This document shows, piece after piece, positions 51,860-63,300 of a stretch of DNA of 64,000 bases (position 1 is its first letter; every line of letters begins with the position of its first letter). This stretch comes from an uncultured bacterium (GTDB lineage Bacteria > DYJV01), in contig CAZBLP010000002.1 in assembly GCA_964492825.1 (NCBI GenBank), forward strand, positions 1,801 to 65,800, given 5' to 3'. A program made the position numbers and the translations under genes. The notes under the pieces are model-generated. The model was not told the DNA's origin, did not search any database, and saw only the letters and a program-made list of their open reading frames with translations.

Positions 51860-52414
51860 TTATTCTCCTTCATTGTCTAATGTTAATTCTTTTGTAACTA
51901 TTTTTACTTCATTTAATAAGCCTCTTTTCTTTTTTTCCAACTTTACAATATTATTTTCAATAGAAACAACTTTATAATGCTCTTTGCCAATATAATCTCC
52001 AATTGTGAAAAACAGTCCAAGGTTGTCGCTTGTTTCTACCATTGCTAATGGTGATTTTCCCAATGCTGTTAAAATAGCTTTTAGTTTATATTGTGCTAAA
52101 CTATACATTGTAAGGGGTGTTTCAGGAATATCATCTCCTATATTTTCTTCCATTTTAACCTTCATGAAAAAAGGTTTAAATGGATCCCTTTCTGTTGATA
52201 CAGAATAAATAAATTTATGTAGTTTTTTATTTTCTTTAGTTATTTTTGTTAAAGATTTATTTTTATTAAGCCTTTTTTTTAAAATTTTTTTTGGTTTTAT
52301 TATTTTTTTTGTTTTTGTTTTTTCCTGCCCGCAAGCAATTAGAAATACTGACAGCAAGATAAAAGTAATTATTTTAAAAAACAATTTATTTTTTTCTTTT
52401 CTTTTTTTTGGCAT
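51860..52414 (-). CDS. pilP: Type IV pilus assembly lipoprotein PilP
   Basis: Lipobox (…LIACGQE) and the conserved position between pilO and pilQ. Confidence 0.6.
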   Translation of the reverse strand: MPKKRKEKNKLFFKIITFILLSVFLIACGQEKTKTKKIIKPKKILKKRLNKNKSLTKITKENKKLHKFIYSVSTERDPFKPFFMKVKMEENIGDDIPETPLTMYSLAQYKLKAILTALGKSPLAMVETSDNLGLFFTIGDYIGKEHYKVVSIENNIVKLEKKKRGLLNEVKIVTKELTLDNEGE

Positions 52415-52985
52415 TTAATTTTTCCTTAAGAAAAATATATGTTTCTAATTCTCCATTAAAAGTTAAAATATTATTTCTTCCAGGTACAAGAGTAAGAGAT
52501 TTTACTTTTACAATTCTTTGTAAATTAGATATTTCCCATAAAAACTTGGCAATGTCATGATAACTGCCAATCAATCTTAATGAAATAGGTATTTGGCCAA
52601 AAAATTCTTTTTTAGTAACTTTGCCTGGTCTAAAATTTAGAAAATCGAGATTGTATTTTTTTCCTATTTCGCTGATATTAAATAGTAATGTTGGAATTTC
52701 TTTGGAATCAGGAAGTTTTTTTAAAGCTATATTAAAGTTTTTTTCTAATTGTTTTAACTCTGCCTGAAAAGTTTTTAACTTTTTTTTCACTCTTATAATT
52801 GCTAAAGTTTGCTTTTTTAGCTTTGCCAATTTATAGGTTTTCTTTTCAATAGTCTCAAATTGTGATGTAATAACAGTAAAATACAATGCACTTGCAATTA
52901 AGACCCATATTAGAGAGTAAATTAATATTTTTACAAAAATAGGTAAAGAAAAATATTTTTCCAAAATTGTTTGTAAATTCATCAT
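52386..52985 (-). CDS. pilO: Type IV pilus assembly protein PilO
   Basis: N-terminal TM helix, coiled coil, PilO-like periplasmic domain, in operon position. Confidence 0.65.
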   Translation of the reverse strand: MMNLQTILEKYFSLPIFVKILIYSLIWVLIASALYFTVITSQFETIEKKTYKLAKLKKQTLAIIRVKKKLKTFQAELKQLEKNFNIALKKLPDSKEIPTLLFNISEIGKKYNLDFLNFRPGKVTKKEFFGQIPISLRLIGSYHDIAKFLWEISNLQRIVKVKSLTLVPGRNNILTFNGELETYIFLKEKLNAKKKKRKK

Positions 52986-53542
52986 AGTATATCTTTCAAT
53001 TTAGTTTGGTTAATATTCATCTTTAATGAAAAATATTTAAATTTATAGCCTGAATAACTAACTTGACTTACCTGTATTAATTCAACTCTGGAAAATGAGC
53101 CGGTTTTCTTCAGATTTTTAATAAAGCTTACAATTGTAGGTTCATCAATTGCAACGCCTTTTAATGATATCTTAAAATTGTCTTCTTTTAATGACCTAAG
53201 CCAGACTTTTTCAGGAATATTTTCAGCTAAAATTGACATTAAATATGGTGGTAATAATTTGAAGTTTTCTAGTTCTTTTATAATTTTAAATTTTGTCTTA
53301 AATAATTTCTTTTTAGCCTGAAATGTTTTAAGTTGTATTCTTAAAGATTTAAGTTCTTTAAGTTTTTTTTTGTTATATGTGATTTCTCTATCAATTTTGG
53401 AAATTTTGTTTTTATTTATAAAATAAATCCCTGAAAAGGTTGCAACAATAAGGCAAAAGATTACAACATTCCACATAATAGTCAGATTTATTTCATATTT
53501 CCTCTTAATTTTTTCAATTGGTAATAAATTGATTTTAATCAT
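52982..53542 (-). CDS. pilN: Type IV pilus assembly protein PilN
   Basis: MIKINLLP… conserved PilN N-terminus, single TM helix, coiled coil. Confidence 0.7.
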   Translation of the reverse strand: MIKINLLPIEKIKRKYEINLTIMWNVVIFCLIVATFSGIYFINKNKISKIDREITYNKKKLKELKSLRIQLKTFQAKKKLFKTKFKIIKELENFKLLPPYLMSILAENIPEKVWLRSLKEDNFKISLKGVAIDEPTIVSFIKNLKKTGSFSRVELIQVSQVSYSGYKFKYFSLKMNINQTKLKDIL

Positions 53543-54591
53543 ATATCCAATCCTCTCAAAGCTAAGCCTGATGCCACAGCGTATTGAGGTTTAATATAAT
53601 CAATATAATCTCTATCAAAAAGATTTTCATCTATATTTATTTTTTTAAACGGATCAAGGTAATTTATTTCAGTATTCGGATATCTTGATTTTAAAAATTC
53701 CTTAACATAACTGTCAAGAGCTTCTCCGCCTGATAAAAAAATCTTATCAATTTTATCTTCATTGCTAGATGACAAAAATAGATCCAATCCTTTGGTAATA
53801 TTGGAAGTTACGTTTTTATTAATAGTTGAAACAAAATTTTGAATATGATGATTGGAGCTCTTTTCTATCTTCATTTTTTCAACTTCAGCATAAGAAATAT
53901 TTAGAGTGTTTTGTATTCTTTCATAAGGTAAGAAATTTCCCAAAATAGTGTCTCTATAGAAAATACTTTGAAAATTTTTTAAAATTAAAATATTTAAAAG
54001 ATTTGCTCCTATATCAATAAGAGCTATTATTTCGGAAGCATCAATATCTTCATTATAATTGTATTCAAATATATTTTGTATTGCAAAAAAATCAATATCA
54101 GCTATTTCCGGCTTTAAGCCTGATTCTATTAATATGCTAATATAATCATCTAAGACTTCCTCTTTAACTGCTATTAATAATATGTCATTTACTTCAGAGC
54201 CATTTTCTTTATCAAATACATGAAATGCCATTTTTATCTCATTAATATTATAAGGAATATGATTGGGAGCTTCTAATTCAACAGCTCTTTTAATATCATT
54301 GTATGTTTCTCCTTTTACCTGAATCCGTTTAATTATAGTGTCATTACCTGGAATTGATACAGCGGCATTATTATTTTTAATTTTATAATATGAAATTAGA
54401 GTTTTGATTCGTTCAATGATTTCGTTTGTGTTGATAAGCATTTCATCAACAATGGTTTCAAAGGAAAAACAAGAATGACCAATATTAGACAAAGATATAG
54501 TGTTATTAAAAAAGGAAAATTCTACAAACTTTACTGCATATTTTCCTATATCCAATCCAATAATTTTTTTAGGTTTTTTCAATAATCCCAT
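53539..54591 (-). CDS. pilM: Type IV pilus assembly ATPase-fold protein PilM
   Basis: Actin-like fold (…IGLDIGKYAVKFVE…), 350 aa, first gene of pilMNOPQ. Confidence 0.8.
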   Translation of the reverse strand: MGLLKKPKKIIGLDIGKYAVKFVEFSFFNNTISLSNIGHSCFSFETIVDEMLINTNEIIERIKTLISYYKIKNNNAAVSIPGNDTIIKRIQVKGETYNDIKRAVELEAPNHIPYNINEIKMAFHVFDKENGSEVNDILLIAVKEEVLDDYISILIESGLKPEIADIDFFAIQNIFEYNYNEDIDASEIIALIDIGANLLNILILKNFQSIFYRDTILGNFLPYERIQNTLNISYAEVEKMKIEKSSNHHIQNFVSTINKNVTSNITKGLDLFLSSSNEDKIDKIFLSGGEALDSYVKEFLKSRYPNTEINYLDPFKKINIDENLFDRDYIDYIKPQYAVASGLALRGLDI

Positions 54592-54671
54592 ATGTTCATT
54601 CCTATAAACATTGTTTTATTTAAATTTATTTTATGATTTTGTCAAGTGTTCTTTAAAAAAAAATTAATAAT

Positions 54672-55640
54672 TTATAATACCTTTGCAATATCTTTAGCAA
54701 AATATGTTAAAATAATATCAGCTCCTGCTCTTTTTATTGACAGCAAAGTTTCAAACATTACACTTTTTTCATCAATCCATCCTAATCTACCAGCAGCTTT
54801 TATCATGGAATATTCACCACTTACGTTGTATGCTGCAACAGGCCTGTTAAAATTCTCTTTAACTTTGCAAATTATGTCAAGATAAGATAATGCTGGTTTC
54901 ACCATAACAATATCAGCTCCTTCGTCAATGTCTAACTCCACCTCCCTTAATGCTTCCTGAGTATTTGCTATATCCATCTGATAAGATTTCCTATCTCCAA
55001 ATTGTGGCGGAGATTCAGCTGCGTCTCTAAAAGGTCCGTAATATGATGAAGAGTATTTTGCAGAATATGCCATTATAGGAATATCGGAAAACCCGTTCCC
55101 ATCTAAGACCTCCCTGATTACTCCTATTCGACCATCCATCATATCAGAAGGTGCAACCATGTCAGCTCCGGCTTCTACATGTGTTAATGCTTCTTTTGCC
55201 AAAAGCTCCAATGTTTCATCATTTAAAATTATTCCATCCTTAACAATGCCGCAATGTCCATGTGAAGTATATTCACATAAACATACATCAGTAATAATAA
55301 TAATATCTTCAAATCTTTTTTTTATTTCTCTAATTGCACGCTGAATGATACCATTTTCCGCATAAGCTTCTGTAGCAAGCTCATCTTTTATCTCAGGAAT
55401 TCCAAAAAGAATGAAAGATTTTATTCCTAAGCTAACAGAATCTTCAATTTCTTTTAAGACATTGTCTATTGAAAACTGATAAATTCCAGGCATAGATTTT
55501 ACTTCGTTCTTAATATTTTCACCAGGACAAATAAACAAAGGATAGATAAAATCCTCTTTTCTAAGAAATGTTTCTCTTATCATTGCCCTAAAGTTCTCGG
55601 TTTTTCTAAGTCTTCTCGGTCTGAAAATAGGATAATACAT
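54672..55640 (-). CDS. hemB: Porphobilinogen synthase (delta-aminolevulinate dehydratase)
   Basis: …RPRRLR… N-terminus. Metal-site …[14 protein letters not shown]… (Cys-rich Zn type). Active-site Lys context. Confidence 0.9.
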   Translation of the reverse strand: MYYPIFRPRRLRKTENFRAMIRETFLRKEDFIYPLFICPGENIKNEVKSMPGIYQFSIDNVLKEIEDSVSLGIKSFILFGIPEIKDELATEAYAENGIIQRAIREIKKRFEDIIIITDVCLCEYTSHGHCGIVKDGIILNDETLELLAKEALTHVEAGADMVAPSDMMDGRIGVIREVLDGNGFSDIPIMAYSAKYSSSYYGPFRDAAESPPQFGDRKSYQMDIANTQEALREVELDIDEGADIVMVKPALSYLDIICKVKENFNRPVAAYNVSGEYSMIKAAGRLGWIDEKSVMFETLLSIKRAGADIILTYFAKDIAKVL

Positions 55641-55783
55641 AATTTCCTCCTGCTAAGATTATTATTTTTTAATTAAACCATTTTTCTAAAAAAAACAAGT
55701 AAATCAAGTAAAACCGCATTGATTTTTAAAATTTGATGAGATAGAATAAATTTTGGGTTAACAATCTCTAAAATTCAATGTAA

Positions 55784-56458
55784 CTATGAATAAAACTCTA
55801 AAACATCTTTAAGATTGTTTATAATATGATTTGGCTTATGTTCAAGAATTTCAGAAAGAGAGTTTTCTCCTTCTCCTACTATTATTATTGAAGAAATTTT
55901 TGCTTTCCTTGCGGTATAAATATCAGTAAGACTGTCACCAAGGAAAAAAATAGAGTTTTCATTACTATTTTTAACATTAAAGAACTTAAAAATTTTTTTT
56001 AAACCATCTATATTTGGTTTGAGAAAGTCAACATCATTTCTTGAAACAGTTATATCAAAAAAAGATTTTATTTTGAATTTGTCAATAATATAATCAAGAG
56101 CATTTCTACCTACATTTGAACATAGAGCAATTTTTACATCCATATCAGTTAATTTAGCAAATACATAATTAACATTACTCTTTAATTTCCAACGTTTTGA
56201 TGCATCTTTATCATAAAAGTCATAAATTCTGTTAAAATCAGCCATAATTTTTCTTTTTAATTTTGGATCATCTATATTTTTTTGAAAATAGTTATACAAT
56301 TTGGAATAATTCATTTTTTTCAATTTTAATACAGGTAAATTTAAATTGTAGTTTATATTATAACCTTTAATTATTTCGCACATTTCATCCATAGATTCTT
56401 TAAGCTTCCATTGAAAGTCTACCAGTGTTCCCTCAAGGTCAGATATTAGCAGTTTCAT
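55784..56458 (-). CDS. HAD-family hydrolase (phosphoglycolate-phosphatase-like)
   Basis: DLEGTLVD motif I at the N-terminus if the ATG at 56458 (MKLLISDLEGTL…) is used. The C-terminal motif is …FFLGDSLTD…. Confidence 0.65.
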   Translation of the reverse strand: MKLLISDLEGTLVDFQWKLKESMDEMCEIIKGYNINYNLNLPVLKLKKMNYSKLYNYFQKNIDDPKLKRKIMADFNRIYDFYDKDASKRWKLKSNVNYVFAKLTDMDVKIALCSNVGRNALDYIIDKFKIKSFFDITVSRNDVDFLKPNIDGLKKIFKFFNVKNSNENSIFFLGDSLTDIYTARKAKISSIIIVGEGENSLSEILEHKPNHIINNLKDVLEFYS

Positions 56459-56666
56459 TATAATCTCCACAAATGTAATTTCTATTCTCATTCAAAATAT
56501 CAATAAATAATAAAAAATCAAATAATTTAATTTTATAACTATTATAAGTAGAGTTTATAAACAGATTAAAACAAATGTAAATTAAGATAGAGACAGAACT
56601 TTTAAAGCCATCTTTATTTGTCCAAGCTTGATTGTATAATTTCATAAATATTCCAAATGTAAAAAA

Positions 56667-57470
56667 TTAATCCCAAATAAAAGTTATCCCAAACTGTATC
56701 CAGCCATACGGATGATCAAAAGTAGTTTGAGAGTATTTGTTATACAAAAAAGGGATTTCCCCGTTAAATTGTCTGTATAAGAGCTTTCCTCCAAATGTTA
56801 AAATAATATTTCTATTTATAAAGTAACCGATTTTCCCTTTTAGTATATGATTATAATCTATATAATTTAAACTTTGTTTTCTATTTATTTTTATGTATGA
56901 ATATTCAATTTGTGTTAAGGTTCTGCACGGAGTTTTTATAAATAATGAAAAACCGAATTTATAATAATTTTCATTTCTATCCAGATTGTACGGCAAATCA
57001 GGGAACCTATTTTTATATTTATCCGGAATCATTTTAATAATATTGGAATCGATTTTAGTATTAATTTTTGTTTTTCCATATTCCAAGTAAAAATTAGGAT
57101 AAAAAATTTTAAATGCTTTGCCAATAGTTAATCTATAATAATTTGAAAAATCTTTCATATCTTTAATTAAAAAAAAAGGCTCTTCTTTTTTTAAAAAACC
57201 TATACTTAAAGTCATTTCTGGATATTTCCTTGTTAGCCAAACATAATTTTTATCAGTTTCAATTGTTAGACCTTTTTTAAATTTATCTGCGTAGTAATTC
57301 ATTTCAGATATATCTGAAATTTTTAAATCTTTTGCATTATTTTTACGTATACCTATTTCCAAGGAAATCAATGAGTTAAATGATTTTCTAAAAGCAAGGG
57401 TATAACTGTTAATATTTAAATTTCCAGTTCCGTAATTAATCTTTCTTTTTAAATAAGAAGTAATAATCAT
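56667..57470 (-). CDS. Hypothetical protein, possibly an outer-membrane beta-barrel. The annotated start is probably not the true start.
   Basis: Alternating amphipathic strands, aromatic-rich, ending …FGITFIWD. The reading frame stays open about 290 nt further upstream, to about 57762, and encodes a signal-peptide-like segment, but there is no in-frame ATG/GTG/TTG. Confidence 0.4.
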   Translation of the reverse strand: MIITSYLKRKINYGTGNLNINSYTLAFRKSFNSLISLEIGIRKNNAKDLKISDISEMNYYADKFKKGLTIETDKNYVWLTRKYPEMTLSIGFLKKEEPFFLIKDMKDFSNYYRLTIGKAFKIFYPNFYLEYGKTKINTKIDSNIIKMIPDKYKNRFPDLPYNLDRNENYYKFGFSLFIKTPCRTLTQIEYSYIKINRKQSLNYIDYNHILKGKIGYFINRNIILTFGGKLLYRQFNGEIPFLYNKYSQTTFDHPYGWIQFGITFIWD

Positions 57471-57789
57471 TAAATTATCTGTAAGTCCGAAATTAACGGA
57501 TATCCCTCTGTGTTCATAATTCCCTATATTATTTCCGTATGATTTAAGGTAGTTTGATTTTAAATTTAAAATATCAACTGTATCGTTTAAAACAGCATAA
57601 TTTAAATTTATTTCAAATTCTTTTGGTGGTATAATGGTTGATGCTGCTGATATTCCTGTATAAGGTATATAATATGGAAGTTGTTCAGAGTGCAGACAAT
57701 TTAAGTAAGTTAATAGTATAAAAACTGTTATTAAAATCCTATAACAAAAACAAAAGATCTTATCCTCCTACACATACTACCCATAAAAA

Positions 57790-57826
57790 AGAGCCACAAA
57801 ATTTTGTGGCTCTTTGCAATAATTTG
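57790..57826 (-). terminator. Rho-independent terminator after the acidic secreted-protein gene
   Basis: Perfect palindrome AGAGCCACAAAATTTTGTGGCTCT followed by a run of 6 U on the minus strand. Confidence 0.65.
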
Positions 57827-57841
57827 ATATTGTTGTATGTT

Positions 57842-60286
57842 TTATTTAATCCAATAAATAACCTGCATACCTTCAGAGGAATATACTTTAAAGTCCGTTA
57901 ATCCGTCTCCATTTAAATCACCTACATCTTTATATGCAACACCATTACTGTCTTTATTTGCATTATACCAGTCTTCGTCATCAGAACCTGACTCAATTGG
58001 TGTAACAATATATGTGAATTTAAATTTATACTCCTTATTGTTAGTGGTAACTGTAAGAACTCCTGTATCTCTGTCCATGCTATAATTTGCCCCGAAGAAT
58101 TTATCCATATCATTTGAGAAATTATCTAATGACGCAACATAAGGAGATATCATTTGGGTTGAGCCGTCGGAATATCTTGCCAATACTCCGTATGCTTCAG
58201 ATGCTGGATCTCCTCCAACCATTTCAAAACTTGTTGTATGTGCGGCTACGCTACTGCCACCTTTTACCTCCCAACCAAATGTACCTATTAATTTGCCACT
58301 ATCTGTATTTATGCTGATTAATCCGTCATCATCTATTTTAGAGTCTTGAATTCCAGTGATAACTCCAACTGGATCTTTTGGCGCAGGAGTTAATACAACT
58401 GCTATTCCATTTTTTACACTAACAGCTCTTCCGTTTGGGAGTGCATGTACGCCTTCTGGTATTGAAGAAGGAACAATTTTTACTTCTTTTATAAAAGTAG
58501 CTACTTTAAATCCGCTTACTTCAACTTCAACTGAACCATAATCTGTGCTTTCTATTTTAACATCTGTTGAAATATTTTTTACTGCATCTTCTACAACATT
58601 TGTTGTTGTAATAACTTTTTCTTCTTTTGCAAGAACAGCTGCATCGGGATTTGCAACTGTCGGTAAAGCATCAGCCACTTCCTGAGCTGTTTCTTCGCTT
58701 AAACCTGCTTGTTTTAAAATATTCTGAACCTCTGCCTTTTCAACGGTTACAGCATCTGTGACATCTATGGCTGCTGTATCAATAACGTCATCCATTAAAT
58801 CTGGATTATCTTCCAATGTTTTTTGAAGTTCTTCAGGAGTTGTCACAGGCTCAATTGTTTTACCTGTTTCTTTTGCAAGATCATCAAGAGTGGCTTCTAA
58901 TATGTTTTGTGTAAGCTCCTGAGCTTTTTCTATAACATCTTCTCCTAATCCTATATTTAAATCTTTAGATGTTTTTAAAATTGAACTTACCATATCTGAA
59001 GTATTAGTTACAATTTTTTCAGCATGTTCAATTGTCACATTTTCAGGTTCTGATATTGCGTCTGTTACTTTATCAATAATATTTGATACTTCAGTTTCAG
59101 CTTGAGTGACTGCGTTTCTAATTATTTCATCATCGGCATTTTCCGAACTTGCAATAGTGTCCAATACATCAGTAATTGCATCTGCTGATGTATCCAAAAT
59201 ATTCGCTACTGCGTCCACATCATCTTGTAAATCATCTATTGCAGATCCTATGGTATCACCTAAACTATCTATACTGTCCACAATTGCTTCACTATCACCT
59301 GATTCCAATGCATCTTCAACATCTGATACTGCTTCTTGGCCTGCATTGTCAATTTCTTCTTCTGCTGCAGCTTCCTCGTCTTGTGAAGTTGTAGTTTCTC
59401 CTCCTGATGTCCCGCTTGATGTAGAACTACCTGAAGTTGACTCACTGGGCAATGTTACAGAGGTATTATCCACTACTTCAATTGTACCTGACAAAACAGG
59501 GGCACCTGCTGCTATAACAGGTGAGTCTGTTACTCCATTTATGTCCCAATTTGACGGTGTTGTATTGTCAAATTCTGTTAGGCTTCCATTATCATAGTAA
59601 CCTATAGGAATATCTGTAATGATTTTAAATTTATAGATTCCTGATGGGATTAAGTCTTCTGCTGCTTCAGCTGTCTCTACATCTCTGTTTTGTAACTCAT
59701 CTCTGACTTTCTGGATGAGATTGTTAGGATCAAAAGTAAGGTTGCCGCTAGAGTCACTTGTCACAGGACCGTTTTGAGTATTATTGCTAATATTACCTTT
59801 AAAAGCTATACTGTGATCATAGGTATATGCTCTAAAATAAATTTTTGCTGTATCGGGAATGGTAACAGATGTTTCGTCACTACTGTTTGTTGCTACTTCT
59901 ATTGGGTAAACAATTGCTTCCAAGTATCTGTAGCTTTGATTTGACCAGTCAGCATTGTTGTCAGGACTGTAATTGTCATTAATAAGTCCGTTATAATCAC
60001 TGGTATAGGTGGTATTGTCAAGAATAACTATTCCAATAGAGAGGTTGTCCTGGGAAAAATTATCATTTTTATATACTTTTAAGGATAAGTTAATATTATT
60101 CTGCCGTATATTACCCACAACATCACCGTTATTAATAAGTCCGCTTTGAGATACAGGCACAGGTGTTCCTCCAATTGTCACATTATCTTCTTGAACCCCG
60201 AAAATCGGTGTATATGCAAATAAACTTTGTCCAACAAATAATGTAAAAACAAATACAATACTTAAAGCTTGTATAAATTTTTTCAT
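57842..60286 (-). CDS. Large secreted, highly acidic low-complexity protein (814 aa) with C-terminal DxNGDG Ca-binding-like motif
   Basis: Signal peptide (MKKFIQALSIVFVFTLFVGQSLFA), an N/S/T-rich N-terminal region, a D/E/A/I/V/T-rich middle (about 330–600), then …DVGDLNGDGLTDF… near the C-terminus. Confidence 0.6.
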   Translation of the reverse strand: MKKFIQALSIVFVFTLFVGQSLFAYTPIFGVQEDNVTIGGTPVPVSQSGLINNGDVVGNIRQNNINLSLKVYKNDNFSQDNLSIGIVILDNTTYTSDYNGLINDNYSPDNNADWSNQSYRYLEAIVYPIEVATNSSDETSVTIPDTAKIYFRAYTYDHSIAFKGNISNNTQNGPVTSDSSGNLTFDPNNLIQKVRDELQNRDVETAEAAEDLIPSGIYKFKIITDIPIGYYDNGSLTEFDNTTPSNWDINGVTDSPVIAAGAPVLSGTIEVVDNTSVTLPSESTSGSSTSSGTSGGETTTSQDEEAAAEEEIDNAGQEAVSDVEDALESGDSEAIVDSIDSLGDTIGSAIDDLQDDVDAVANILDTSADAITDVLDTIASSENADDEIIRNAVTQAETEVSNIIDKVTDAISEPENVTIEHAEKIVTNTSDMVSSILKTSKDLNIGLGEDVIEKAQELTQNILEATLDDLAKETGKTIEPVTTPEELQKTLEDNPDLMDDVIDTAAIDVTDAVTVEKAEVQNILKQAGLSEETAQEVADALPTVANPDAAVLAKEEKVITTTNVVEDAVKNISTDVKIESTDYGSVEVEVSGFKVATFIKEVKIVPSSIPEGVHALPNGRAVSVKNGIAVVLTPAPKDPVGVITGIQDSKIDDDGLISINTDSGKLIGTFGWEVKGGSSVAAHTTSFEMVGGDPASEAYGVLARYSDGSTQMISPYVASLDNFSNDMDKFFGANYSMDRDTGVLTVTTNNKEYKFKFTYIVTPIESGSDDEDWYNANKDSNGVAYKDVGDLNGDGLTDFKVYSSEGMQVIYWIK

Positions 60287-60361
60287 AATTTCCCCCTATT
60301 AAATTAAAACTATCCTAAAGGAATAAAAAAGTCAATAAGTTATTTAATTTTTTTTAAAAAA

Positions 60362-63300
60362 TTAATCTTTTAAATTTACAACAGTATAAGTTGTCAAAGC
60401 GCTTTGATAGATAATCTGCATTACATCTCTTAACAATGGCCGCCAGAATATTGGAACGTTTATTTTTAAAGGAACAATAATAGCGTCGCCTGAATCTAAT
60501 TTATAATTCATTATATTTTTGCTAAATAAAAATGGTATTCCCCAAACTGTAGGGTTTCTACCTTGCCAATGTTTTCCTTTGTAAATGTTTGATGATGTTA
60601 TAACAGCACCATTTGGTTTTATAACAAAAATATTTTCAATATCCGCGTCTTTGGTTAATCCGCCGGCATCTGATATATAATCTTTTACTTTGTAATCTTT
60701 TATCCTTATAAGTGCCGAAGGGTTATAAACCTCGCCAAATATAAGTACACTTGCAGGCTTTTTAGGAATATAGATTTTATCTCCATTTGCAAGATATATG
60801 TCAGATATTGTATTTTTTAATTTTTCAATATCTTCAGGAATTATTAAACCTGAAATTCTTCCGTTTACATTTGTTTGCTGCATTAAATCAAGTAATCTTC
60901 TCTTTGAATCCATAGCTTGTTTTCTTGCATTTTTTTGTGTTGATTCCAAATCAGATTGCATAATTCCTGCTTGTTCTTTATCTATTTCCTGTTTCATTTC
61001 CAGGATTGCTTTGTTTAATCTCTGTTGCTCCATTTCTTTTATAGATTCTCTTGTAAAAATGATTCCGTCAGGATATGCATTATCTCTAAAACCTCCTGCT
61101 TGTTTTAAAATTTCGTAAAGAGTCGTGTTTTCACTAATGCTGTAAATTCCTGGCCTTTTTACATAACCTTGAATTTCAACTTTTTCAACAACTTCATCTT
61201 TTGATATTTTTTTAATTAACAACCTGTCTCCAGGATTAAGCGGAATATTTAATTTGTTGTTTTGTGCAATAAGAAGATCAAAAAGAAATATAGAAGTTAT
61301 ATTTTTTTGTATCATTTCTCCTGAGCCTTCAGCCTTTATTTTTATATTCTCAGCTTTTTCAAGTTGTGTTTTCCCTTTGTTTTTTGATGCTTCTCTGAAA
61401 ATTTCAACTTTCAAACTCTTTAAATCTCTTAAAAATCTGGCTTTTGATAATGCATCTGTTAATTTTATTCCAAAGTGATAAGGGACTATAATTGATTTTT
61501 CCACTTCTCCGGTTATTTTAATAGGAGCAAATATATGTCTCGGGAATAATCTGACAACATCAAGTTTTTGTAACGTTATATTTTCTTTATTATTTAAAAT
61601 TTTTTCAGGGTTAAATTTTATAATATCCGTTATTTTAAAATTATTTAAATCTCTTCTTTCTATTTCTCCGTAATTTAAATCAGTATTCAAGGTAAAAATA
61701 TTTTTATTTAGAATATCAGATAGGTTCATGTTGTTTTTATAAGTATATACACCTGGATATAATGTTTCACCTTCCAATACAACAACATTTTTTATTTGGT
61801 TGAAATCTATATCCTTTTTCCCAAATTTATAAAAAACAACAATATCTGCAGGCATTAAGGGAACATCCTTTTTTTTGTTTAAAATATCTTCAGGAATAAA
61901 AGTTATATATTTAGGAGGCAAACCAAACGGATAATGTCTGATAATAACGGCAAATTTTCGGTTAGTATCCAAATTTAATTGGGTTTTGTCAAATATTTGG
62001 GACAGAGTAAGCCCCTGTTTGTATGAGAATAAAGAGGGATGTTTTATATATCCCTTTATAATCACAACATTTTTAACTTTTTTAATATTTAAATTTAAAA
62101 AATTATATTTGAATAAAAATATTTTGTCTGCTGGAGCGAGAAGCATATCACCTTTATTAGATAATATTTCAGAAGGTGAAAAAGTAATATATTTAGGATT
62201 TGTGCCTGTAGGAAACTGTCTTTTTATTAATGCAAAATTCATATTGGAATCTTTGAAAAAAAGGTCATTTTTTAAAATTTCAGATAATTTCATCTCTCTT
62301 TTATATTCATACAAACCGGGATATGTGGTGTATCCTGATATTTCAACAGCATTTTGAGGTACGTTTATTACTTCTTTAATACTGATAATGTCTCCATCTT
62401 TTAATTTTTGATTAATAAAAGCATTATTATCAAGAGAGCCTTCTTTCATTTCTATATAAAGATTTTCTTTATATCTGTCCAATGACACTTTTAATTTGTA
62501 ACTTGAAGGGAGCAAGCCTCCTGCCAAATTTATTAAATCTTTTAATGTAGTTTCGTTTTTAATTTCATAAATAGCAGGTCTTTTGACTTTGCCTATAATA
62601 GCTACTGTTTTGCCTATTGGTTTAACAAAAATAACATCATTATCTTTTAATCTGAAATCAATCTGTTCTCCTTTTAATAGAAGTTTATAAAAATCTATAT
62701 GGTATTTTTTTATTTTGTTGTTTTGCTTTTTTGTAATTATTATATCTCTGAGAGTACCTGTTTTTTTAATGCCTCCTGCCATCATTAAAGCATCTATTAC
62801 AGTGTTCACTCCTGTAACCATTTCAGCTCCAGGCTTGTTTACTTCTCCTGAAACATATATAGGGAAAGTTCTTAATCTCCCAACTGTTAATTTTATATTT
62901 GCGCTTAAAGCTTTTGATATAATATTTTCAGCTTCTCCCAGAGTAAGCCCCCACACATAAAAAACTCCTATGCCAGGCATATATATTTTTCCTTCTCTAT
63001 CCACAACAAGTTTCCTGATTCTTGAAAGATTGGAATCCATTGTACCGCCAATAATATATATAAAAAGTTCGTCTCCTGGGCCTAATATATAATTTTTATC
63101 AACAGGAATGGAAAAAGTTAATCTTGGCCTTCCTCTAAAAAAATTATAACCAAACTGTCCGACTTTTAATTTTTTATCACTTATTCTGTTTAAAAAACTT
63201 TTTTCCAAAGATGAAATTTCTAAATTTGTTTTTCCATTAATAAAATTTTTCTTTTTTTTATATTTTAACTGCTCTATTAATTCAGAAGGATACTTGCCGA

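Noticed and set aside
55641-55783. Direct repeat ATTGATTTTT…ATTTGATGAG upstream of hemB, as a possible regulatory site
   Set aside because: Imperfect and AT-rich. Such a match is expected by chance in a genome of this composition.
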